DNA of 28,219 bases from Planctomycetota bacterium (GTDB lineage: Bacteria > Planctomycetota > GCA-002687715 > DRQF01), in NCBI GenBank assembly GCA_027001995.1, contig JALTLO010000008.1, forward strand, positions 1 through 28,219. The letters are read 5' to 3'. The position numbers and the translations under genes were made by a program. Shown one piece after another: positions 16,082 through 25,221 of this stretch (position 1 is the stretch's first letter; each line of letters begins with the position of its first letter). The notes under the pieces were generated by a model. The model ran no database searches and had not been told where the DNA came from. It saw only the letters and a list, made by a program, of their open reading frames with translations.

Positions 16082-18232
16082 TCAGAGCAAAGCGATTTGG
16101 TTGAGGACGGGTACCCGAAGGCGGTAGTTGAGGTGACGGAACCAGGAGGTGAGGATGGGGCGATTGCCTTTTTCCGCAACCATACCGATGGCCCTTACGT
16201 TTGCTGCCAGAACCAAGCTCTTTTGTTTCTTGGCAGTCGCTTGGCGCAAGAGAAGCTCAAGAGTCCTGGCATCTTGAATAGCCGCCAAGGCAGCGAACAT
16301 CTGAACTTTATGAGCCACAGCTCCATGCCTCTTGAGGTTCTTTTCGATTTCATCCACCACTCCATAATCTCCAAGGATAGAGAGGGCTTGTCCGAAAGCC
16401 TGTTTCAATTCTGGGCGACTCTTCTTCAAGAGATTCTTCCGCAGTGGTTTCTTGGCAGTCTCATCACCCAAGAGTGCCAAAGATATGGCAGAGAACCTAG
16501 CCAGAGCCACGTCCCCCGTGTGTTCAAACCTCTTGCGAATCATCTTCTTGGCATCCCCCTCACCCACGAGACCAAGGGCCAAGAAATAAGCCGCTTTCGT
16601 TTCTTGATTCAGGCGCTTACGAGACAGACGCTTCAATAAGACTGGGCCAACGCCTTTAGATCCAGTCAGGGCCAAACCAAGGGCGGCAAAGGCACGCGTG
16701 GAATTGAGGGTGGCCTCCCGTGTCTCTCTGAGCAACAGAGCCAAAGCCTCTTTGCCACCCAGTTCTCCCAGTGAAATCTGACAGAAGTTGCGCACCATGA
16801 CATCGCTGTCGGTTAAGCCGAACTTCTTGATGGCCTCAACAACTTCAGCCTTGCGGTCTGCCAGCTTTGATTCATCGGCTTCGAGTTTGATCTTCAAGCG
16901 GGCACGGTAAGATTCAAATTCCCCCAATACACGTGAAGACATTTCGAGAGTCGAGTCGGCCCTGAGCGAATGATTCAGCTCTTCCCATTCTTTGCGATAA
17001 CGGCTGCTGAAGTCAACTTGCCCGAGGGCTGCCGCTGCCGAGCGACGAACTCGCACGTCTTGGTCTCGCAGAGATTTCAAGATGGTATCGAGAGCATCCA
17101 CGCTCTTGTGCAAAGCAAGGGCATCGAGAGCCACTGCCCGCAAAGTGGTATCCCGCAAGGGGTGGGACACATAGTAGTCCAAATATCGGCGAGCGCGAAT
17201 ACTCGGAATCATCCCTAAGGCATACAATTGAGCGGCGTCGATTTGTCGAACCCGACGGCCTTTATCGAGCCTCTCGATCAAAAAGGAAGTGGAATCCAAT
17301 TTGCCCACTAAACCAATGGCAACCGCAGCGTAGGCCCGTTCACTGATGGGATTGGCACGACTACGCAGCAAATGTTTGAGCATGGGAAGGGAACGTTCTG
17401 TTTGCAACAGGCCGAGGCCAAGAATGGCAGCTTTGCGGACACTCTTGTTCTTGTCTTTGGTCAACGGAGCTAACCACGAGACTTGCTTCATGTTCCCCAC
17501 ACGACCAACCGCAATCGCTGCTTGGATGCGGACTTGAAAACTCTCGTGTTGCAAGAGCCCTTTCAATAGGGGCAGTGTTTTCTTGACCACCAACTCGTCC
17601 CCGGATTGGATAAGGCGCGGCACATCTCCAGGGTCATCACCAGTAAAGAGATCACGATCCTGCTCCACGGCGGACAGACGAATTTGATAGCGCTTCTCCA
17701 AGTCCAAGAAGTGGGCTTGATTCAGAAGCCACCAGTTTTGCCAAGAAACGTCATCAACCCCCTGCCCCAAAGCGCCCGTGGCCCCTCTTGCTCTGGGGTT
17801 TTGAGGCAAAATGCCACCACCGGGAACATGAGCCCCTGGACTGAGGGGATCGAGCCCCCCAGGGGAGGAAGAACCACCGCCACCGAAATCACCTGGCTTA
17901 GGCTTCGGAACGTCTTTTGGATTGGGCTTGGTCTTGCCGACGCCCTTGGGAAAGAAAGTAGGGGGCGTGTTTGTGGGGTCGTTGCCCTCCCCTTGTCCTC
18001 CAGGAACGAACCCACCAGGTTTGCCTTGCCCTCCTGGGTAGTAGCCACCGGGTTTGCCAATGCCCCCAGGCCCAGAAAACCGATTTTTCCTCGTTGGGGT
18101 CTTCCCGGGCTTTGCGGGATTATCGACGGTAACGGGTGGTGACGTCGTTTGGGCCCCCACGAGGGCTGCCAACATGACGGTCACAAACATGCCCAAAACC
18201 AGACGGGGCAACATAACTTTATAATCAAACAT
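16082..18232 (-). CDS. Secreted HEAT-repeat (alpha-solenoid) protein with Pro/Gly-rich N-terminal region
   Basis: Signal peptide ending VGA|Q. PGG-rich low-complexity segment, then WQNWWLLN and many HEAT-like repeats (VRIQAAIAVG, VRKAAILGLG, VRRSAAAALG, TRAFAALGLA). Confidence 0.85.
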   Translation of the reverse strand: MFDYKVMLPRLVLGMFVTVMLAALVGAQTTSPPVTVDNPAKPGKTPTRKNRFSGPGGIGKPGGYYPGGQGKPGGFVPGGQGEGNDPTNTPPTFFPKGVGKTKPNPKDVPKPKPGDFGGGGSSSPGGLDPLSPGAHVPGGGILPQNPRARGATGALGQGVDDVSWQNWWLLNQAHFLDLEKRYQIRLSAVEQDRDLFTGDDPGDVPRLIQSGDELVVKKTLPLLKGLLQHESFQVRIQAAIAVGRVGNMKQVSWLAPLTKDKNKSVRKAAILGLGLLQTERSLPMLKHLLRSRANPISERAYAAVAIGLVGKLDSTSFLIERLDKGRRVRQIDAAQLYALGMIPSIRARRYLDYYVSHPLRDTTLRAVALDALALHKSVDALDTILKSLRDQDVRVRRSAAAALGQVDFSSRYRKEWEELNHSLRADSTLEMSSRVLGEFESYRARLKIKLEADESKLADRKAEVVEAIKKFGLTDSDVMVRNFCQISLGELGGKEALALLLRETREATLNSTRAFAALGLALTGSKGVGPVLLKRLSRKRLNQETKAAYFLALGLVGEGDAKKMIRKRFEHTGDVALARFSAISLALLGDETAKKPLRKNLLKKSRPELKQAFGQALSILGDYGVVDEIEKNLKRHGAVAHKVQMFAALAAIQDARTLELLLRQATAKKQKSLVLAANVRAIGMVAEKGNRPILTSWFRHLNYRLRVPVLNQIALL

Positions 18233-18326
18233 GACTTAAGTCCTAACAGGTAGCTCACAAGAATGGGCTACCCCAAAACAAAACCTGTTCTTGGCGCAGG
18301 TAACCTTCGCGGTCTCATCGAAGAGT

Positions 18327-18342
18327 TGCAAACAACGTTCCG
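18327..18342 (-). promoter_or_regulatory. Putative sigma54 (-24/-12) promoter for the HEAT-repeat gene
   Basis: Minus strand CGGAACG-TTGT-TTGCA versus consensus TGGCACG-N4-TTGCW, with exact GG-N10-GC spacing. Confidence 0.55.
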
Positions 18343-18791
18343 CAATCTCTCCTTGGACTCAATTCCTGAGGAAATGCCGGAGATTTTCTATCGTCTGCCC
18401 ATGAGAGGAACTTGTGCGGTCGAAAGAAAATGGCATAAACTATTGTTGGGAATCATCTTACACTCACCAGCATAGCCAAAACGAACCACGGTTTCCCGAA
18501 CCAAGTCCCTGAAGGCCCAAAACTGGGCAGAATCACCCCACTCAGTGCCTTTGAGACTCCATGTCCGGCGCTGGGAATGTGATCGTTTTCGCACTTTTCG
18601 TCATGACCGACCTGGACCCACTTATCTTCAACCCTCAGCACTCATCGGGAACATCCGTTTTTGCACCCACGAAATCCAGCTCAACTGGGCCGCAACCAGC
18701 AGCAGGGAGCTGATGCTAGAGAAAGACGAGAAATCTCACTTTTCAGCGGCCACAAAAAGTCCCAACTGACGAATCATGCTCGCCAACTAAA

Positions 18792-18820
18792 TTGAAGGGC
18801 AAGGGCCCAAGTCCTATACT
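18792..18820 (+). promoter_or_regulatory. Putative sigma70 promoter of the rph operon
   Basis: TTGAAG-N17-TATACT. Confidence 0.7.
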
Positions 18821-18890
18821 GCGAGGGCTTGCTCCCAGCCCCGACGACATGAACCCAAGGGCGCTCCAAACTTCAGACAAGGACCAAGAA

Positions 18891-19619
18891 ATGAGCCGAA
18901 CGGACGGACGCGAACTGGACGAAATGCGTCCACTGAAAATGACCCCAAATTTCATCGACTCAGCCGACGGCTCCGTCTTTGTGGAATGGGGCAAAACACG
19001 GGTCATCTGCACTGCCATGGTTGAGAACCGAGTGCCCCCGTTCTTGGTCAACACCGGTTTAGGCTGGGTGAGCGCAGAATACGGAATGCTCCCAGGTTCA
19101 ACCGATCGCCGCAAACAAAGAGACGGCCGCCGAGGCGGGCAAGTCGACGGACGTACCATCGAGATCCAAAGAATCATCGGTCGTGCCCTTCGTACGGTGG
19201 TCCATCAAAAGAATCTTGGTCCTCGCACCATCTGGTTGGATTGTGATGTCATCCAAGCGGATGGCGGAACCAGAACAGCATCCATCACCGGTTCCTATGT
19301 GGCTCTCTACCTCGCAATCAAGAAACTTCGTGAAGCCCGGGTCATCAAGAAAGATCCTCTCACCGGTGGCGTGGCCGCCGTGAGCGTGGGGGTGGTGGAC
19401 GGAGTTCCTCACTTAGATCTATGCTACGAAGAAGACAGCCGGGCAGACGCCGACTTCAACTACGTTATGTCCCACGAGGGCGGCATCATTGAAGTTCAAG
19501 GGAGCGCCGAAAAAGGCCCAGTGAACCCGGAAGTGTTCTTTGCCTGTCACAAACTCGCAGAAAAAGGAATCAAAGAGCTCATGAGCATGCAGAACACGGC
19601 ACTCATCAGCACTCTTTGA
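18891..19619 (+). CDS. rph: Ribonuclease PH
   Basis: MSRTDGR, ADGSV, GWVSAEYGMLPGST, GRTIEIQRIIGRALR, DCDVIQADGGTRTASITG, LDLCYEEDS. Start revised to ATG 18891. Confidence 0.98.
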   Translation: MSRTDGRELDEMRPLKMTPNFIDSADGSVFVEWGKTRVICTAMVENRVPPFLVNTGLGWVSAEYGMLPGSTDRRKQRDGRRGGQVDGRTIEIQRIIGRALRTVVHQKNLGPRTIWLDCDVIQADGGTRTASITGSYVALYLAIKKLREARVIKKDPLTGGVAAVSVGVVDGVPHLDLCYEEDSRADADFNYVMSHEGGIIEVQGSAEKGPVNPEVFFACHKLAEKGIKELMSMQNTALISTL

Positions 19620-19628
19620 CCAAGAAAC

Positions 19629-20258
19629 ATGAGCTCACATAGATTCGTCATCGCGTCGAAGAATCCGAAGAAGGCCGACGAAATGCAGAGCATCCTCGGA
19701 GACTGCGGCGTCGAAATCGTCACCGTCAGTGACTTAAGACCAGATATCGAAAGCCCCGAAGAAACGGGCACAAGTTTTCAGGAAAACGCGGCTCTCAAAG
19801 CTATGTACTTTGCTGAAGCAACTGGACACGTCTGTATTGCAGACGACTCGGGCCTTGAAGTTGACTATCTACGGGGCGCTCCCGGTGTTTACTCATCACG
19901 CTATGCTGGAACAGACGGCGACGATGCTGCCAATAACCGCAAGTTGTTGGCGGCTATGCAAGGCGTACCGCAAGAACATCGTGGTGCTCAATTTAGAACA
20001 GTCATCTGCTTGGCCATACCAGGGCAAATCATGCTCATGGCAGAAGGTGTGGTGCGAGGACGTATCTTAGAATGCCCCCAAGGTACTGGGGGCTTCGGCT
20101 ACGACCCCTTGTTCTTCTTCCCCGCTTTCGATCGTTCTTTTGCGGAAGTACCAGGGGAAGAAAAAGCCCGTGTATCTCACCGGGGCAAAGCGCTCAGAAA
20201 ACTGAAGGTCGACATTCCTAGCCTCATCCACATCCTTGAGAACCGTCACAACAACTGA
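19629..20258 (+). CDS. rdgB: dITP/XTP pyrophosphatase (HAM1/RdgB)
   Basis: SKNPKK, EETGTSFQENAALKA, ADDSGLEV, APGVYSSRYAG, GFGYDPLF, SHRGKA. Confidence 0.96.
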   Translation: MSSHRFVIASKNPKKADEMQSILGDCGVEIVTVSDLRPDIESPEETGTSFQENAALKAMYFAEATGHVCIADDSGLEVDYLRGAPGVYSSRYAGTDGDDAANNRKLLAAMQGVPQEHRGAQFRTVICLAIPGQIMLMAEGVVRGRILECPQGTGGFGYDPLFFFPAFDRSFAEVPGEEKARVSHRGKALRKLKVDIPSLIHILENRHNN

Positions 20259-22072
20259 TGTCCAGCGCCGCCAACCAAGTCAAACGCATTCGCAACTTCT
20301 GCATCATCGCCCACATTGATCATGGCAAGTCAACATTGGCGGACCGCATCCTGGAAATCTCCGGGACTGTGACTACTAGAAATCGCCGCAACCAAATGTT
20401 AGACGACATGGAGTTGGAGCGAGAACGAGGCATCACCATTAAGGCGAAAGCTGTCGAAATCAACTGGAAGAAAGACGGCGTCGAGTATCTCATCCACCTC
20501 ATCGATACCCCTGGCCATGTCGATTTCAGCTATGAAGTTTCACGTGCCATGGCGGCTTGTGAAGGGGCTCTGCTCTTGGTTGACGCGGCCCAAGGCGTTG
20601 AAGCTCAAACAGCAGCTAATGCCTACCTCGCTGTTGATGCCGACTTAGAGATCATTCCCGTACTGAACAAAGTCGACTTACCCACCGCGCGTCCGGAAGA
20701 AGTCTGCGAAGAAATCGAACATGTCTTGGGTCTACCCGTAGATGATGTGCGTCATGTCTCCGCCAAGAGCGGAAAAGGAGTAAGCGATTTACTCAACTTG
20801 GTCGTCGATACATTCCCCGCGCCGACGGGAAATCCAAACGATGCTTTGCGCGCTATGGTCTTTGATTCCCATTTTGACGACTACCGTGGTGTCATCATCT
20901 ATGTGCGGATCGTCGACGGCAAGATCAAAAGACGCGATCGGGTCAAGATGTGTAGCACAGGCAAGATCTACGAGATCCTAGAATTGGGGAAATTCCGCCC
21001 ACAAATGGTAGCAACAGAAGAGATGATCGCCGGGGAAGTGGGTTATCTCATCTGCAACATCAAGACCATCCATGACGTCAAGATCGGCGACACCGTTGCC
21101 CATGCCAAAAGCGAAGTATTGGCCTTGGACGGCTATGAAGAGCCAGTCTCCTACGTATTCTGCGGGATCTACCCAGCTACGGCCGGTGACTACGACGATC
21201 TTCGCCGCGCCTTGGAAAGATTGCACCTGAACGATTCTTCCTTCAACTTCGTGCCAGAGACGTCGGATGCTCTGGGATTCGGTTTCCGAGCTGGATTCTT
21301 AGGGCTTCTTCACATGGAGATTGTCCAAGAACGGCTTGAGCGCGAATCTGGCATCGACGTGGTTCAGACGCCACCGAACGTGACTTACAAGTTAAGGCGT
21401 AAGGATGGCAGCGAAGAGATGATCTCAAGCCCGTCCAAGTTAGCGACGGACGGCAGTGTCACTGAAGTCGCAGAACCAATCGCCGACGTCAGTATGATCG
21501 TTCCTCAAACCGCCATCGGGAGTATCATGAAACTCTGCGGTGATCGCCGAGGCGTCTACGTTCGCACCGACTACTTGGGGCCAGAGCGAGTTCTTTTGCA
21601 ATATAAGCTGCCCTTGGCCGAAATCATCTTTGACTTCTACGATCGGCTCAAAAGTGCGACACGGGGCTTCGGAACCATGGACTACCACGTGACAGGCTAC
21701 CAAGTCGCGGATCTGGTGAAGCTGCGTATCTTGGTCAACGGCGTGGACGTCGATGCATTGAGTTTCATCGTTCACAGGGAGGTGGCCGAGCGCAGAGGCC
21801 GGCAAATCTTGGTCAAGCTCAAGGACGAAATCCCCCGTCATCTCTTCGAAGTACCTCTGCAAGCGGCGGTGGGCGGCAAGATCATTGCTCGTGAATCAAT
21901 CCGCGCCATGCGCAAGAACGTGACAGCCAAGTGTTATGGTGGCGACATCTCACGGAAACGCAAACTGCTCGAAAAGCAGAAAGCTGGTAAGCGCCGGATG
22001 AAAACTGTGGGCAATGTAGAGATTCCTCAAGAAGCTTTCTTTGCCGCCCTTAAGCTGGACCGCGAACAATGA
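20258..22072 (+). CDS. lepA: Elongation factor 4 (LepA)
   Basis: IRNFCIIAHIDHGKSTLADR, DTPGHVDF, NKVD, GFLGLLHMEI, RKNVTAKCYGGDISRKRKLLEKQK. Confidence 0.99.
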   Translation: MSSAANQVKRIRNFCIIAHIDHGKSTLADRILEISGTVTTRNRRNQMLDDMELERERGITIKAKAVEINWKKDGVEYLIHLIDTPGHVDFSYEVSRAMAACEGALLLVDAAQGVEAQTAANAYLAVDADLEIIPVLNKVDLPTARPEEVCEEIEHVLGLPVDDVRHVSAKSGKGVSDLLNLVVDTFPAPTGNPNDALRAMVFDSHFDDYRGVIIYVRIVDGKIKRRDRVKMCSTGKIYEILELGKFRPQMVATEEMIAGEVGYLICNIKTIHDVKIGDTVAHAKSEVLALDGYEEPVSYVFCGIYPATAGDYDDLRRALERLHLNDSSFNFVPETSDALGFGFRAGFLGLLHMEIVQERLERESGIDVVQTPPNVTYKLRRKDGSEEMISSPSKLATDGSVTEVAEPIADVSMIVPQTAIGSIMKLCGDRRGVYVRTDYLGPERVLLQYKLPLAEIIFDFYDRLKSATRGFGTMDYHVTGYQVADLVKLRILVNGVDVDALSFIVHREVAERRGRQILVKLKDEIPRHLFEVPLQAAVGGKIIARESIRAMRKNVTAKCYGGDISRKRKLLEKQKAGKRRMKTVGNVEIPQEAFFAALKLDREQ

Positions 22073-23610
22073 TCGAGCCAGACAGGGAAGTATCTGAACC
22101 GGACATCCACCCCCTTCGCCCGAAGGCCCTAGAGCAAGCCCCTCTATTGCGCGACCTGATTGAGAGCTTTACTTTTGCCATCATCATGGCCTTGGTCATC
22201 AAGAGTTTTCTCGCTGAAGCATACAAGGTTCCAACTGGTTCCATGGAACCAACAATCCATGGTGCTCAGGAAAATGGCGACCGCATCTTGGTAAACCAAC
22301 TGGTCTATGATGTCCGAGCCCCCAGACGCTGGGAAATCGGTGTCTTCAAGTACCCCAACAACCGCCAAGTTAACTATGTCAAACGCATCGTCGGTGTGGG
22401 CCCAGAGAGTATCTCCATTATTGATGGTGACATCTACACAGCGCCCTTGGGCACAACAGACACGTCACTGCGCCTGCTTTACGACAACAAGCAACTCAAG
22501 ATAGAAACCAAGCCGAAAGTCGTTCAGGATGCCATCTTCGATTCATACCCATGCATCCAACCAGGCTCTACTCGTTGGGGGTCCATGTCAGATTTCCTGG
22601 ACGATTGGATCGTCTCAAAATCTCAACTTCCTGGGCAAGTAGAGTGGCGTTTCGACGAGGGCGTGATCGCCTCTTGTAAAAGTAAGAGTCTCGTTCACTT
22701 TCGCCATGAGATTCGCGATCAAAGAGACCCCTTTTCTGACATCGGACCAACGAACCGCCGGGGAAAATTTGAAATCGGCGACCTTCGTTTAGCTTTCACT
22801 TGCCGCCCAGAAAAACAAGGCGGTTTTGTTTACTGTGAAATCCGCGACCCCCACCATGACGACAAGATCGTGGCGAAAATCCCCATTGCTGGAGAAAGCA
22901 CTGAAGGGGGTGTCTATCTGGGTAAGAGCAAGATCGCTTCCATTCCACCGGGCACGATCCCTTGGCAAGAAGAAACGGCGATTCGCTTCACCAACGTGGA
23001 CAATCGCATCGAGCTTCTGGTGGGTGACGAACGAATTGTGGCGGTTTCCTACACCCACCTTCCACGCTTGCTGACGTCATCAGCACTTTGGCCCGCTGGA
23101 GTGGCCTTCGGACTCGAAGGCACAAGCTGCCGCTTTTCTCAGGTTCAGATTTATCGCGACATCTACTATCGTGGAGCAGGCGGTCATCGCCCTACGTCCA
23201 TTTTCGAACCGTCTTACGATAGTTGGCGCACAGACATCCCCGCAGATTTCTTCTACGTTCTAGGCGACAACTCTCCTGCCAGCAATGACTCAAGGGAATG
23301 GACCAGAAAGACCATCAGTTTCCTGGATAGCGACGTAGAATTGACCGGCGACAAGATGGCTGTCGTTGACCCGGCGATCTTGGAAAATCGTCTGGACAAT
23401 CCATACACCTTGGAGGAAACTTCCAAGGATGGAAAATTGGAAGCCCACCAATACTTCGTCGACGACTTCGGTAATCGTCATGAACTGAGTCAATATGGGC
23501 AAGTTAAGGGCATCGACGAGGTGTTTTCACCTCTGGTTCCCCGCCACCTTTTTGTTGGTCGAGCGTATGCGGTGTTTCTGCCATTCGCTCGCATGAAGCT
23601 AATTCGCTAG
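22069..23610 (+). CDS. lepB: Signal peptidase I, copy 1 (large insert)
   Basis: TM anchor, box B VPTGSMEPT (catalytic Ser), box C GDRILV, box D YVKRIVG (catalytic Lys), box E LGDNSPASNDSR. Confidence 0.92.
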   Translation: MIEPDREVSEPDIHPLRPKALEQAPLLRDLIESFTFAIIMALVIKSFLAEAYKVPTGSMEPTIHGAQENGDRILVNQLVYDVRAPRRWEIGVFKYPNNRQVNYVKRIVGVGPESISIIDGDIYTAPLGTTDTSLRLLYDNKQLKIETKPKVVQDAIFDSYPCIQPGSTRWGSMSDFLDDWIVSKSQLPGQVEWRFDEGVIASCKSKSLVHFRHEIRDQRDPFSDIGPTNRRGKFEIGDLRLAFTCRPEKQGGFVYCEIRDPHHDDKIVAKIPIAGESTEGGVYLGKSKIASIPPGTIPWQEETAIRFTNVDNRIELLVGDERIVAVSYTHLPRLLTSSALWPAGVAFGLEGTSCRFSQVQIYRDIYYRGAGGHRPTSIFEPSYDSWRTDIPADFFYVLGDNSPASNDSREWTRKTISFLDSDVELTGDKMAVVDPAILENRLDNPYTLEETSKDGKLEAHQYFVDDFGNRHELSQYGQVKGIDEVFSPLVPRHLFVGRAYAVFLPFARMKLIR

Positions 23611-23619
23611 AGGAAGAGC

Positions 23620-25221
23620 ATGAAATCTTCGGACAAGAAAACCCCAAAAGGATTTTGGCGCGAAAACGTCGAAGCTCTCACCTTCGCCATCATCATGGCT
23701 TTGGTGATCAAGCAATTTGCTTTTGAAGCCTACAAAGTCCCCACTCAATCCATGGAACCCACCATCATCGGCCGGGACGTGGGTGGCAGTCGGCTGATTG
23801 CCAACAAATTCAGCTACATGATCAACGACCCGAAACGCTGGGACGTGATGATTTTCAACTACCCTCACAACCGTCTCTTGAACTACGTCAAGCGTGGTGT
23901 CGGCGTAGGCCCAGAGTGGTTATTTGTCCGCGGGGGCGACCTCTATGTGGCCGACTACGACATGAGCCAAGAAGAGGCTCTCAAGAATGCCAAGATCTTG
24001 CGCAAGCCTCAGAGCCTTCAGGAGCGCATATTTGACGCCAACAACTGCATCGCCCCTGATAAAAGAAGTATCGAAAACTTTCGCAGCTATTGGGCCAACG
24101 AAAAAGGCGCCAACGCCGGAGGGGTTTCCCCTGACTTTGATGAAGAGCTCATCCACATTGACGGGACGAAAGAAGCCGTGCGACTTCGCTTCACCCGCCC
24201 AGGCCAAGAACTCAGTGTTGTTGGCAAAAAAGAAAACGCCATCTGCAACCGCCGCTTTGATGATTGGTCAACACGAGCCCCGAAAACTGGCACTTTCAGC
24301 AAACTGTTAGGCCTTCCCTTCCCGGTGGGCAGTGAGTCCTTTGCACCCGCGGTTCCCGTTGGTGACATGCGCATGCGCTTCGAGGTGAAACCCCTAGCAG
24401 CCGCTGGCAAAGTGCTGTTCGAGATTCGCGACTTCTCCCACACCTTAGCCATCAACGTGACCATCGCCGTCGAAGGCGCCCAAGAAAAAAGCTTTCTTAC
24501 GGTGGGCAAGGAAACCAAGGAAATCAGCCAACGGATCCCCGTCGATTCTTGGACAGAAGTATCGGTGAGCAACTGTGACAATCGTGTTCTGGTTCGGGTG
24601 GACGGAGAAATCGCCATTGAGTTGGATTACGACCATCAAATAGTCCCAGTAACCCGCGCTATCCTCAGCAACTCCCAAACAACACCTTTGCCCGAAGGCG
24701 CCCCCCAGGCTCAGCAAGTTCCCAAGGCCAATGAAAACGCCATGATCTGGGGCTTTGAAGGGGGCAAAGCGGACTTCCAAGACTTGGAGCTGTCTCGCGA
24801 CAACTATTACACCGAATCCGGCGCTACCGATTTTCACATTCCTGCGGACAACTATTTGATGTTAGGCGATAACTCGCCTGACAGTTTGGACGGACGAAAC
24901 TGGCAAGTGTCGGAATTGAAGTACAAGGACGAAAACGGCAAGATCATCACCCTCATTGGTGACTCAGAGGCGGTTAACGAATCCCCTGAGCGCCCCCAGG
25001 AAAACCCTTTCGAGAACAACACCAAGTTCTTAGACGTCTTTGGCAACCTTCACGATATCGACCCTGATCGCATCATCATGGTTCCAGGAGCTGAAGTCGA
25101 CGGCATTCGGGAGATGCACGCCGCCACCATCCGCTTAGGAAACTTCGTACCCAGAAAATACATTCAGGGCCGAGCCTACTTGACCTTCTTTCCCCTCTTG
25201 CAAATCGGACCCATTCGATGA
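23620..25221 (+). CDS. lepB: Signal peptidase I, copy 2 (large insert)
   Basis: TM anchor, VPTQSMEPT, YVKRGVG, LGDNSPDSLDGR, C-terminal IQGRA. Confidence 0.92.
   Translation: MKSSDKKTPKGFWRENVEALTFAIIMALVIKQFAFEAYKVPTQSMEPTIIGRDVGGSRLIANKFSYMINDPKRWDVMIFNYPHNRLLNYVKRGVGVGPEWLFVRGGDLYVADYDMSQEEALKNAKILRKPQSLQERIFDANNCIAPDKRSIENFRSYWANEKGANAGGVSPDFDEELIHIDGTKEAVRLRFTRPGQELSVVGKKENAICNRRFDDWSTRAPKTGTFSKLLGLPFPVGSESFAPAVPVGDMRMRFEVKPLAAAGKVLFEIRDFSHTLAINVTIAVEGAQEKSFLTVGKETKEISQRIPVDSWTEVSVSNCDNRVLVRVDGEIAIELDYDHQIVPVTRAILSNSQTTPLPEGAPQAQQVPKANENAMIWGFEGGKADFQDLELSRDNYYTESGATDFHIPADNYLMLGDNSPDSLDGRNWQVSELKYKDENGKIITLIGDSEAVNESPERPQENPFENNTKFLDVFGNLHDIDPDRIIMVPGAEVDGIREMHAATIRLGNFVPRKYIQGRAYLTFFPLLQIGPIR

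Noticed and set aside
16082..18232. PVC membrane-coat-like protein (beta-propeller + alpha-solenoid)
   Set aside because: There is no propeller in this polypeptide. The FG-GAP propellers are separate, non-adjacent genes.
18792..18890. Extended N-termini for RNase PH (from 18792), the HD-GYP protein (from 26317) and SecE (from 2799)
   Set aside because: The extensions cover promoter or hairpin sequence and lack family similarity. Downstream starts fit the domain boundaries.
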